DNA of 32,000 bases from a bacterium (GTDB lineage: Bacteria; Bacillota; Clostridia; TANB77; RGIG9151), in NCBI GenBank assembly GCA_963635575.1, contig CAVHFU010000010.1, positions 7,040 through 39,039 on the forward strand, in the 5' to 3' direction. The notes below the pieces were generated by a model. That model worked only from the letters and a program-made list of their open reading frames with translations, ran no database searches and was not told the origin of the DNA. The position numbers were made by a program, and so were the translations under genes. Below are positions 9,285 to 19,165 of this stretch, piece after piece. Every line of letters starts with the position of its first letter. The first letter of the stretch is position 1.

Positions 9285-11708
9285 ATGAGAGATTTGAAAG
9301 AATTAGATTGCAAAGAATTAAAATTTTCCTGTGATGAATCGATGTTTAAATTTAAAACTACAAAGGAAGTTACACCATCAAGAGAGATTATAGGTCAAGG
9401 CAAGACTGCTAAGGCTTTTGAGTTTGGTTTGAATGTTGGTGCCAAAGGATATCATATCTATCTTTCCGGCTCTACTGGAACAGGTAAAACAAGTTTTGCA
9501 AAAGACTATGTCAAAAAGTTTGCAAAGAAAAGAGAAGTGCCTAACGACTGGGTATATGTGTATAATTTTGATGATCCTAACCAACCTCTAGCTATAACTT
9601 TACCTGCCGGAAAAGGTAAAGAGTTTGTTAGCGATATGGAGGAATTCGTTAAAACCATATCTTCTGAGTTGCCAAAGGCTTTTGATAATAACGATTATGA
9701 AAATGAAAAGGGAAGAATTCTTCAAGAGTTCCAAGACCAAAGAACAGAATTAGTCGAAAAACTTAATAAAATTGCTGAAAAGCAAGGATTTAAAGTTAAG
9801 ACTACACCAAACGGAATTTATTTCTTGCCTATTATAAATGGTCAGGCACTCAGTGAAGAAGAATTTAACGATTTAGATGATCAAGTTAAAAATAGAATTA
9901 TGGCTAAATCCGGAAAAGTTCAATTAAAAACTATGGAAACCATAAGAAGAATTAAGGAGCTTGAAAAAGAAACAGAAGATAGTATTGAAGAATGGGAAAA
10001 TCAAACTGCTCTTTTTGCTGTTGGAGTGCATGTTGATGATTTGATGAGTAAATATAAAGAATATCCTAAAATTGTTAATTACTTATATGAAGTTCAAAAA
10101 GATATTTTAGAGAATATAGATAAATTCGAAGAGGAAGATGTGCCTGATGAGGCACAAATGCTACTTCAAGGGATGCTAAAAAAGGATAACGAATCACCTA
10201 CTAAAAATTATAAAGTTAATTTATTAGTAGACAATTCAAAAACAAAAGGTGCACCGATTGTTGTAGATTACAATCCTACTTTCTTTAATTTGGTTGGAAA
10301 GACTGAATATGATAACGAATTCGGAGCGATGACTACTGATTATACTAAGATTAAACCGGGATTATTGCATAAAGCAAATGGTGGATATTTAATATTACAG
10401 GTTAAAGATGTTTTATTAAATCCTATGTCTTGGGAAGCATTAAAAAGATGTTTAAAGACCGGAGAAATACTTATTGAGAATATGAAGGATCAAATGACTG
10501 TTGTTCCTGTTTCGGCACTAAAGCCTGAACCAATACCTCTTAATGTTAAGGTGGTTTTGGTTGGAACGCCGGATATATATCATTTATTATGGGAAGCAGA
10601 TGATGACTTTACAAAGTTATTTAAGGTAAAGGTAGAGTTTGAAGAAGAGATGGACAATACTAGCAGTAACATTAAAAAGCTTGTAGGTTTTGTTAGTGCT
10701 TTTTGCGAAAAAGACCAAACTTTACCGTTCGACCCTAGTGGTGTTGCGGCTGTTGTTGAATATGCTTCACAGCTTGCCGATGATCAAAAGAAATTATCTA
10801 CTAAGTTTACCGATTTAATTCAAATTCTAACTGAAGCCTCTGCATGGGCTGCTACTGAAAAGGCTGAAACAGTTTCGAGGGAACATGTTAGAAGGGCTAT
10901 GATTGAGAAATTAAATCGTGTAAATAACTATGACAAGAGAATGCAAGAAATGATTTTAGATAATACTATTATGGTTGATACTATCGGTTCTACTGTTGGA
11001 CAAATTAATGGTTTGTCAGTTTTAGACCTTGGCGACTGTATGTTTGGGAAACCTTCTAGAATTACAGCTAATACTTTTATTGGTAAGGCCGGAATTGTGA
11101 ATATAGAGAGAGAAGCAGATATGAGTGGAACATCTCATACTAAAGGTGTATTGATATTAAGTGCATACATAGGTGAAAAGTATGCACAAGATTTGCCACT
11201 AGCACTTACTGCAAGTCTATGCTTCGAGCAATTATATGGCGGAGTTGATGGTGATAGTGCATCTAGTACAGAGATATATGCTATATTATCTAGCTTGTCT
11301 GATGCCCCTATTAACCAAGGAATAGCCGTTACTGGTTCTGTTAACCAAAAGGGTGAAATTCAACCAATTGGTGGAGCAACTCATAAAATTGAAGGTTTCT
11401 TTGATGTATGTAAAGCTAGAAAATTAACTGGAAGTCAAGGCGTAATGATACCTTACCAAAATATAAAAAATCTTCATTTGAAAGATGAAGTTATAGAAGC
11501 GGTTAGAGAAGGGAAATTCCATATTTGGCCAGTCAAAACAATAGATGAAGGGATAGAAATTTTAACTGGTGTTCCTGCCGGAAAGAAAAAGAAAGATGGC
11601 ACTTATCCTAAGGGGAGCATAAATGCAATGGTATATGATAAGTTAAGGAAATATGCTCTTACTGTTGTCAATTTCGGAAAAGAAGAAGCCGGGACGAAGA
11701 AATATTAA
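9285..11708 (+). CDS. Lon-like (LonC-type) AAA+/S16 serine protease
   Basis: 807 aa. Walker A is GSTGTGKTS. There is a long charged helical insertion, and a C-terminal Lon protease domain with GVDGDSASSTE (catalytic Ser) and the downstream IGGATHKIEGF (Lys). The true start is probably TTG 9294, because GGAGG at 9280-9284 is only 0 nt from ATG 9285 but 9 nt from the TTG. Confidence 0.8.
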   Translation: MRDLKELDCKELKFSCDESMFKFKTTKEVTPSREIIGQGKTAKAFEFGLNVGAKGYHIYLSGSTGTGKTSFAKDYVKKFAKKREVPNDWVYVYNFDDPNQPLAITLPAGKGKEFVSDMEEFVKTISSELPKAFDNNDYENEKGRILQEFQDQRTELVEKLNKIAEKQGFKVKTTPNGIYFLPIINGQALSEEEFNDLDDQVKNRIMAKSGKVQLKTMETIRRIKELEKETEDSIEEWENQTALFAVGVHVDDLMSKYKEYPKIVNYLYEVQKDILENIDKFEEEDVPDEAQMLLQGMLKKDNESPTKNYKVNLLVDNSKTKGAPIVVDYNPTFFNLVGKTEYDNEFGAMTTDYTKIKPGLLHKANGGYLILQVKDVLLNPMSWEALKRCLKTGEILIENMKDQMTVVPVSALKPEPIPLNVKVVLVGTPDIYHLLWEADDDFTKLFKVKVEFEEEMDNTSSNIKKLVGFVSAFCEKDQTLPFDPSGVAAVVEYASQLADDQKKLSTKFTDLIQILTEASAWAATEKAETVSREHVRRAMIEKLNRVNNYDKRMQEMILDNTIMVDTIGSTVGQINGLSVLDLGDCMFGKPSRITANTFIGKAGIVNIEREADMSGTSHTKGVLILSAYIGEKYAQDLPLALTASLCFEQLYGGVDGDSASSTEIYAILSSLSDAPINQGIAVTGSVNQKGEIQPIGGATHKIEGFFDVCKARKLTGSQGVMIPYQNIKNLHLKDEVIEAVREGKFHIWPVKTIDEGIEILTGVPAGKKKKDGTYPKGSINAMVYDKLRKYALTVVNFGKEEAGTKKY

Positions 11709-11718
11709 GATGGTTAGT

Positions 11719-11745
11719 AAAAGGGCAGAAGAATCTGTCCTTTTA
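11719..11745 (+). terminator. Rho-independent terminator after the Lon-like gene
   Basis: aaagggcaga-agaa-tctgtcctttt stem-loop followed by ttttat. Confidence 0.7.
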
Positions 11746-11798
11746 TAGTAGGAATTTTGTTATTTTTGTAAAATTATTAATACTAGGAGGAGCAGAAA

Positions 11799-12272
11799 AT
11801 GAAAATATTTACCAAAAAGATTTCTGAAAGTGGAACTGAATTTAAGGGAGAGATGGAACTTGAAACTTTTTCTAATAACGGAGACAAATTAAAAATGACT
11901 AAACCTGTTTCTTTTGAGGGAGTACTTAAAAAGGGTGACGATTTTGTTGAAGTTAGTGGAAAAATAAGTTTAGAATATACTACTGCTTGCCACTTATGTG
12001 GAACAGAATTTAAGCGCAATGATGCAATTGATGTGTTTGAAATTTACAGAAGAGAGCCTACTGAAGATGAGTATAAACTTACTGGTGATGAAATAGAACT
12101 TGATGAAATGATTTTAGACAATTTAAGACTAAACCTTCCTGTTAGGTTTTTATGCAAGGATGACTGCAAAGGTGTTTGCACAAAATGTGGCAAGAATTTA
12201 AATTTTGAAAAATGTGAGTGCGTTGAAGAGGTAAGACCTTCTCCGTTTGATATTTTAAAAGATAGAATGTAA
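11799..12272 (+). CDS. yceD: YceD/DUF177 family protein (large-subunit rRNA accumulation protein)
   Basis: 157 aa with the C-terminal cysteine cluster CKDDCKGVCTKCGKNLNFEKCEC typical of DUF177. Confidence 0.8.
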   Translation: MKIFTKKISESGTEFKGEMELETFSNNGDKLKMTKPVSFEGVLKKGDDFVEVSGKISLEYTTACHLCGTEFKRNDAIDVFEIYRREPTEDEYKLTGDEIELDEMILDNLRLNLPVRFLCKDDCKGVCTKCGKNLNFEKCECVEEVRPSPFDILKDRM

Positions 12273-12313
12273 TTAGATAAAATATTGAAAAATATATAAT
12301 GTTTTCGGATTAT

Positions 12314-12344
12314 TTGACGATATTTTACTATGAAAAATTATAAT
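12314..12344 (+). promoter_or_regulatory. Possible atp operon promoter
   Basis: TTGACG (12314-12319) and TATAAT (12339-12344), but the spacer is 19 nt, longer than optimal. Confidence 0.3.
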
Positions 12345-12371
12345 TTACTAATGAAAAGGTGAGATAAATAG

Positions 12372-13058
12372 ATGGAAGAAGAAATTGCAGTTCTTGCTAA
12401 AATTCCGGTTAGTATACCGTTTACAAGCATTTCTTTTAATATTGTAATTACCGAAGTAATAGTTACGTCTTGGATTATTATGGCGTTGCTTATATTATGG
12501 GCGTATTTAGCTACGAGAAAGTTAAAAGCTGTTCCGACGGGTTTGCAAAACTCGGCGGAAATTGTTGTGGAAACAGTTAATAATTTCGTTAAGGGACTTA
12601 TGGGTGAACATCATTATAGAGCATTCGCCCCATACATAGGAACACTAGGACTTTACTTATTATTTTCAAATACGCTAGGAGCATTATTTTTTGCAAAGCC
12701 ACCGACGAGAGATTTCTCTATTCCGGTAGCTCTGGCGATTATGACTATTACATTGGTTATTGGTTCAAGTATTAAATATAGAGGCGTTAAGGGATGGTTT
12801 AAGTCATTATTTCAACCTACTCCAATTATGTTCCCGTTTAATTTGCTTGAATACATAATAAAACCGTTGTCATTGTGTATGCGACTTTTTGGTAATATTT
12901 TAGGAGCGTACATTTTAATGCATATGTTAATTCATTTCCCTGTTGTACCGTCTTTGGCGTGTCTATACTTCGACTTGTTCGACGGCGGACTTCAGGCATT
13001 TGTGTTTGTCCTTTTAACTACTCTTTATGTCTCTGAGGCTATTGAGGTTGAGGAATAA
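12372..13058 (+). CDS. atpB: F0F1 ATP synthase subunit a
   Basis: 228-aa polytopic membrane protein with the conserved LSLCMRLFGNILGA (essential Arg) motif. It is the first gene of the atp cluster. Confidence 0.9.
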   Translation: MEEEIAVLAKIPVSIPFTSISFNIVITEVIVTSWIIMALLILWAYLATRKLKAVPTGLQNSAEIVVETVNNFVKGLMGEHHYRAFAPYIGTLGLYLLFSNTLGALFFAKPPTRDFSIPVALAIMTITLVIGSSIKYRGVKGWFKSLFQPTPIMFPFNLLEYIIKPLSLCMRLFGNILGAYILMHMLIHFPVVPSLACLYFDLFDGGLQAFVFVLLTTLYVSEAIEVEE

Positions 13059-13080
13059 TTTTTGAAAGGTGGTGGAATAA

Positions 13081-13293
13081 ATGGTAACAACAGGAGCAAT
13101 TGCAGCTGCAATCGCAGTTTTCACAGGTATTGGTGCCGGAGTTGGTATCGGTATTGCTACAGGTAAGGCCGTTGAAGCTGTTTCAAGACAACCTGAAGCA
13201 AGTGGAAAGATTCAAACAGTTTTATTGTTAGGTGCAGCGTTAGCTGAAGCTACAGCTATTTACGGCTTAGTTATAGCACTTATGGTAAAATAG
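13081..13293 (+). CDS. atpE: F0F1 ATP synthase subunit c
   Basis: 70-aa two-helix hairpin with the polar loop SRQPE and the ion-binding carboxylate in [11 protein letters not shown]. Confidence 0.9.
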   Translation: MVTTGAIAAAIAVFTGIGAGVGIGIATGKAVEAVSRQPEASGKIQTVLLLGAALAEATAIYGLVIALMVK

Positions 13294-13305
13294 TTAAAAA
13301 TTATC

Positions 13306-13332
13306 CGGACAGGGCAACTCTTGCCTTGTCCG
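13306..13332 (+). other. Intra-operon stem-loop after atpE
   Basis: cggacagggcaa (13306-13317) pairs with ttgccttgtccg (13321-13332), a 12-bp stem with one G-U. It is followed by A's, not T's, so it is probably an mRNA stability or processing element rather than a terminator. Confidence 0.45.
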
Positions 13333-13363
13333 AAAAAAGATTTTTTAAAAGTGGGTGTGAATA

Positions 13364-13855
13364 ATGTTCAAATTTGATGAAGCATTTTTTTCAAATTTTT
13401 TTATAACGATAATAAATTTATTGGTTTTGTTCTTTATATTAAAGAAGCTTTTATTTAAACCGGTTACTAATTTTATAGATAACAGAAATGGAAAGATAGA
13501 AGAAGCGATAAATTCTGCTAATTCTCTAAAAGAAGAAGTGGAAAATATGAAACAAGAATATGAGGATAAATTAAAGGGTGCCGGAGAAGAGGGTAAGAAA
13601 ATTGTGGAAGAATACAGAGACAGGGCTAGTGTAGAGTATACTTCTGCAATAGATACAGCTAAACGTGATGCTCAAAAAATTATCGAAGATGCTAGACGTG
13701 AAATTGATGTTGAAAAAGATAAGGCTATTGCTGAACTTAAACAAGAAGTAGGAAATCTTGTTGTTACAGCGAGTGAAAAAGTAATTAAGAAGAATATGGA
13801 TACAGAAACTAACAGAAAAATTATTTCAGAATTTATTGATTCCGGAGTTGCATAG
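13364..13855 (+). CDS. atpF: F0F1 ATP synthase subunit b
   Basis: 163 aa: one N-terminal TM helix followed by a long charged helix. Its position in the operon fits. Confidence 0.85.
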   Translation: MFKFDEAFFSNFFITIINLLVLFFILKKLLFKPVTNFIDNRNGKIEEAINSANSLKEEVENMKQEYEDKLKGAGEEGKKIVEEYRDRASVEYTSAIDTAKRDAQKIIEDARREIDVEKDKAIAELKQEVGNLVVTASEKVIKKNMDTETNRKIISEFIDSGVA

Positions 13856-13869
13856 AAGGGGATGAGGTT

Positions 13870-14385
13870 ATGTCAGCAATTGAAAGAAGATATGCTGTGG
13901 CTTTAATGGATGCACTAAAAGTAAAAGACGAACAGCTTAAAGCAGATAAGGATTTGGCAGAATTTGCATATATGTTTAATAATAATTTGCAATTTAAAAA
14001 GATTTTGCTTGACCCAAGACTAGAACCACGACTTAAGTCAGATGTGGTAAAGGAGATTTTTGTTGATAATAACCCGATGCTTGTTAGCTTTATAAGTTTA
14101 CTAATAGATAAGAATAGGATTAAATACATTGATGGTATTTCAAAAGAATACAGTGAACTGGCAAGAAACAAGAATAATGAAATTAAATTAAAAATTATCA
14201 GTGCAACCGGATTAACTGACGATGAAATTAACGGTATAACCGATAAATATAAAAAAGTTTATAATGCAGCAAATGTAAGTTATGAGCAATTTATAGATGA
14301 AAGTGTTATTGGTGGAGTAAAAGTCATAATAGGAAATAAAGTATATGATGGAACAATAAAGACTCAGCTTAATAATATGCTGTAA
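13870..14385 (+). CDS. atpH: F0F1 ATP synthase subunit delta (OSCP)
   Basis: 171 aa. The N-terminus RRYAVAL, the C-terminal [21 protein letters not shown] motif and the operon position all fit. Confidence 0.85.
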   Translation: MSAIERRYAVALMDALKVKDEQLKADKDLAEFAYMFNNNLQFKKILLDPRLEPRLKSDVVKEIFVDNNPMLVSFISLLIDKNRIKYIDGISKEYSELARNKNNEIKLKIISATGLTDDEINGITDKYKKVYNAANVSYEQFIDESVIGGVKVIIGNKVYDGTIKTQLNNML

Positions 14386-14398
14386 GGAGGAGATTAGT

Positions 14399-15910
14399 TT
14401 GACAATAAAACCTGAAGAGATCAGTGAAATATTGAGAAAACAAATTGAAAACTATGAAACTACAATAAAAACTGATGAAGTAGGATACGTAATTCAAGCC
14501 GGAGACGGTGTTGCTAAAGTCTATGGCTTAGACGATTGTATGTGTGGAGAGCTTATAGATTTCGGAGACGGAATCTTAGGAATGGCGATGAACCTTGAAG
14601 AGGACAGCGTCGGATGCGTTCTGCTTGGGGGAGAAAAAACTGTAAAAGAAGGAACAGAAGCTAAACGTACTGGCCGTTCGGTTAGTATTCCGGTTGGTGA
14701 AGGAATTATAGGAAGAGTTATTGATTCTATCGGCCGTCCGATTGATGGACTTGGCGATTATAAGGTCGAAGGATACCGTGATGTTGAATTCTTAGCACCT
14801 GGTGTTACAACTCGTGAATCAGTAAATAAACCATTACAAACAGGAATTTTAGCTATTGACTCAATGGTTCCGATTGGACGTGGCCAGAGAGAATTAATCA
14901 TAGGTGATAGGCAAACAGGTAAGACTGCTATTGCGATAGATACAATTATTAACCAAAAGGGACAAGATGTTATTTGTATATATGTTGCAATTGGTCAAAA
15001 AGGTTCATCTGTTGCAGGTGTAGTTGAAACATTAAAGAGGCATGGCGCTATGGATTATACAATAGTAGTATCTTCTACAGCGAGTGACCTTGCACCGGCA
15101 CAATATATCGCACCATATGCCGGATGTGCTATTGCCGAATACTTTATGTATGAAAAAGGCAAAGATGTTTTAATAGTATATGATGATTTATCTAAACACG
15201 CACAGGCTTATCGTGCAATGTCTTTGATACTTCGTCGTCCGCCTGGACGTGAAGCATATCCGGGAGATGTTTTCTATCTTCATTCAAGATTGCTTGAACG
15301 TGCTGCGAAAATGGATAAAGCGCATGGCGGTGGTTCTATAACTGCATTACCTATCATAGAGACATTGGCGGGAGATATTTCTGCATATATTCCGACAAAC
15401 GTTATTTCAATTACTGATGGCCAGATTTATCTAGAGAGTGAATTGTTCTTTGCCGGTCAAAGACCAGCGGTTAATGCCGGACTTTCTGTATCTCGTGTTG
15501 GTGGTTCAGCACAGATTAAAGCTATGAAGAAACTTGCAGGAAGAATAAGAATTGATTTGGCACAATATCGTGAACTTGCTGCGTTTGCACAGTTTGGTTC
15601 AGACTTAGATAAATTTACAAAGGATAAATTAACACAAGGTCAACGTACAGTTGAAACTTTAAAACAACAACAATATGCAACATTGCCGGTTGAAAAACAA
15701 GTTGTAATTTTGTATGCAGTTGTTAATGGACATTTATCTGACATAGAAGTAAAAGATGTTGGAAGATTTAATATGGGTCTTGTAAAGCACGTTGAAGAAA
15801 AGGCTCCTGAGATTTTACAATCTATATCTGAAACTAAGGAGTTGAAACCAGAAATGGAAGAAAAATTACTTAAAGCTATTGATGACTTTAAGACTTGGTT
15901 TAAGGTGTAG
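14399..15910 (+). CDS. atpA: F0F1 ATP synthase subunit alpha
   Basis: 503 aa with a TTG start after GGAGG. Walker A is GDRQTGKT, and the sequence is canonical alpha throughout. Confidence 0.97.
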   Translation: MTIKPEEISEILRKQIENYETTIKTDEVGYVIQAGDGVAKVYGLDDCMCGELIDFGDGILGMAMNLEEDSVGCVLLGGEKTVKEGTEAKRTGRSVSIPVGEGIIGRVIDSIGRPIDGLGDYKVEGYRDVEFLAPGVTTRESVNKPLQTGILAIDSMVPIGRGQRELIIGDRQTGKTAIAIDTIINQKGQDVICIYVAIGQKGSSVAGVVETLKRHGAMDYTIVVSSTASDLAPAQYIAPYAGCAIAEYFMYEKGKDVLIVYDDLSKHAQAYRAMSLILRRPPGREAYPGDVFYLHSRLLERAAKMDKAHGGGSITALPIIETLAGDISAYIPTNVISITDGQIYLESELFFAGQRPAVNAGLSVSRVGGSAQIKAMKKLAGRIRIDLAQYRELAAFAQFGSDLDKFTKDKLTQGQRTVETLKQQQYATLPVEKQVVILYAVVNGHLSDIEVKDVGRFNMGLVKHVEEKAPEILQSISETKELKPEMEEKLLKAIDDFKTWFKV

Positions 15911-15933
15911 ACAAATTTGTGAGGTGAAATAGG

Positions 15934-16800
15934 TTGGCTAATGCACGTGAGATTAAGCTTAGAATTAAGGGTATTAATGAAACTAAAAAAATAACTAAAG
16001 CTATGAAGCTAATATCTGCCTCTAAGCTTAAAAAAGCAAAGCTTATGCACGAGGCAACATTGCCGTTTTTTAAGAAGGTTCAAGACATAATGACTGATAT
16101 TTTGGCACATATGCCTGATATCGAGACTGTGTATTTTGATAAGAGAGAAAATAAGAAAAACAGAAAAATCGGATACATAGTTGTTGCATCTGATAAAGGG
16201 TTAAATGGTGGATTTAATCATAATATCATAAAACTTGCAGACAGCATAATCGACAAGAAAAATTCAGTTGTATTTCCAATAGGAAATGTTGTATTAAACC
16301 ACGTCTTAAAAGAGGGTTATGAAGTTATCCAAGATTTTGGGTATAATGGAGAAATAAATGATATAGCAGTTTCACAAGAAATAGCTAATCATTTAATAGA
16401 TATGTATAAATTAGAGATGATTGATGAATTACATCTTGTATTTACAGAAATGGAATCAGCACTTAGCTTAAAGCCAAGAGTAATTAAACTTTTGCCACTA
16501 GAAAAGGGAGAAGTTATAAATCCGGAAAAGAAAGCTGACGAGTTTATGAAATTAGAACTCGAGCCTACTCCGGAAACTGTACTTAATGTTTTGGCATCTA
16601 AGTATGTTAAAGGAATATTGTATTCAGGCTTGATAGAATCATACGTTAGTGAACATTCTGCTAGAATGAATGCAATGGATAATGCGACAAGCAATGCTGA
16701 AAAGATGATTAAGAAGCTTACATTAAATTATAATAGAGCAAGACAAGCTGCGATTACACAGGAAATTTCAGAAATTGTCGGTGGTGCGGCTAACGTTTAG
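15934..16800 (+). CDS. atpG: F0F1 ATP synthase subunit gamma
   Basis: 288 aa. The N-terminus REIKLRIKGINETKKITKAMKLISASKL and the C-terminus NRARQAAITQEISEIVGGA are canonical. Confidence 0.93.
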   Translation: MANAREIKLRIKGINETKKITKAMKLISASKLKKAKLMHEATLPFFKKVQDIMTDILAHMPDIETVYFDKRENKKNRKIGYIVVASDKGLNGGFNHNIIKLADSIIDKKNSVVFPIGNVVLNHVLKEGYEVIQDFGYNGEINDIAVSQEIANHLIDMYKLEMIDELHLVFTEMESALSLKPRVIKLLPLEKGEVINPEKKADEFMKLELEPTPETVLNVLASKYVKGILYSGLIESYVSEHSARMNAMDNATSNAEKMIKKLTLNYNRARQAAITQEISEIVGGAANV

Positions 16801-16810
16801 AAAGTAGTAG

Positions 16811-18223
<1,413 letters not shown>

Positions 18224-18246
18224 GTATTGTAGAAAGAGGGAAGACA

Positions 18247-18654
18247 ATGGCTAAAACTTTTAAATTTGAAGTTGTAACTCCTGAAAAAGTTTTCTATTCT
18301 AGCGATGTGGACATGATTATCTTTAATCGTGAAGATGGCGAAATGGGTGTTATGGCTGACCATATGCCAATGGTTGTTGCCGTAGATGTCGGGATGCTAA
18401 AAATTATAAAAGACGGAATGTATAAGTTTGCGGCGATTAGTGAAGGCTTTATTGAAATAACTGCTAAAGGCGTAACAGCCATTGTTGATGCAGCCGAATG
18501 GCCTGAGGATATAGATGTTGAAAGAGCCGAAAGATCTAAGAAAATAGCAGAGGATAAGTTAAAAGAGTATAGAAAAAATAAAGAGATGGAAACTTTATTA
18601 AAGCTTTCAATTGTAAGAGCTAATAACAGAATTAAAGTTGCTAAAAACCGCTAG
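18247..18654 (+). CDS. atpC: F0F1 ATP synthase subunit epsilon
   Basis: 135 aa. The N-terminal beta-sandwich pattern (FEVVTPEKVFYS...) and the operon position fit. Confidence 0.92.
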   Translation: MAKTFKFEVVTPEKVFYSSDVDMIIFNREDGEMGVMADHMPMVVAVDVGMLKIIKDGMYKFAAISEGFIEITAKGVTAIVDAAEWPEDIDVERAERSKKIAEDKLKEYRKNKEMETLLKLSIVRANNRIKVAKNR

Positions 18655-18661
18655 TTTTATG

Positions 18662-18690
18662 TTGAATAGTTAACGAAATTATGATACAAT
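18662..18690 (+). promoter_or_regulatory. Candidate sigma-A promoter for the 18749/19166 two-gene module
   Basis: TTGAAT (18662-18667), a 17-nt spacer, then TACAAT (18685-18690) with TG at 18682-18683 (extended -10). Confidence 0.55.
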
Positions 18691-18748
18691 TATTATAATT
18701 AGATGTGTATGTTACATAGAAACATATATATCGTAGGGGGGAATTAAT

Positions 18749-19135
18749 TTGAAGAAATGTATCAAAATATTTAGTTTAGTGATTACTTTAGCAATTATTT
18801 TTAGCAATTTATCATTTGCAAGTTCTTTCTCAGACTATGAAAATGTTGAAAATGATAAAACGGAAGAAATTGTGGGAACGATTGAAGAAGGTACCAAAAA
18901 AGCTGCTAATACAGTAAATAGCTTAGCATATACAGTAGTTGAACAAATAAGTGATAAAAGCCTTCCAGTATGCGTAATCTTAATACTTTGGGGCTCAATA
19001 CAATATTTTATCTTAGGTATAAGGAATTTATACAAGAAACGTCAAGGAATGTTACTAATGTGGGGAGCATTTACGTTCCTAGTTATAGCAAAAATAGTTA
19101 ATTTTGTATATTGGTTTTTTACTAAAATAGCATAG
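18749..19135 (+). CDS. Small secreted/membrane protein of unknown function (signal peptide plus two C-terminal TM helices)
   Basis: 128 aa with a TTG start after gtaggggg. The signal-like N-terminus is MKKCIKIFSLVITLAIIFSNLSFA. A hydrophilic segment follows, then LPVCVILILWGSIQYFILGI - RNLYKKRQG - MLLMWGAFTFLVIAKIVNFVYWFF. Confidence 0.6.
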   Translation: MKKCIKIFSLVITLAIIFSNLSFASSFSDYENVENDKTEEIVGTIEEGTKKAANTVNSLAYTVVEQISDKSLPVCVILILWGSIQYFILGIRNLYKKRQGMLLMWGAFTFLVIAKIVNFVYWFFTKIA

Positions 19136-19165
19136 ATATTTTAATTTAAACAGGGTGGTGAGGAT

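Noticed and set aside
9285-11708. The Lon-like protease as BrxL of a BREX defence system.
   Set aside because: There are no brxA/B/C, pglX or pglZ genes nearby. The composition is native, the flanks are housekeeping genes (rimI, yceD), and the size and insertion fit the LonC-like housekeeping family better.
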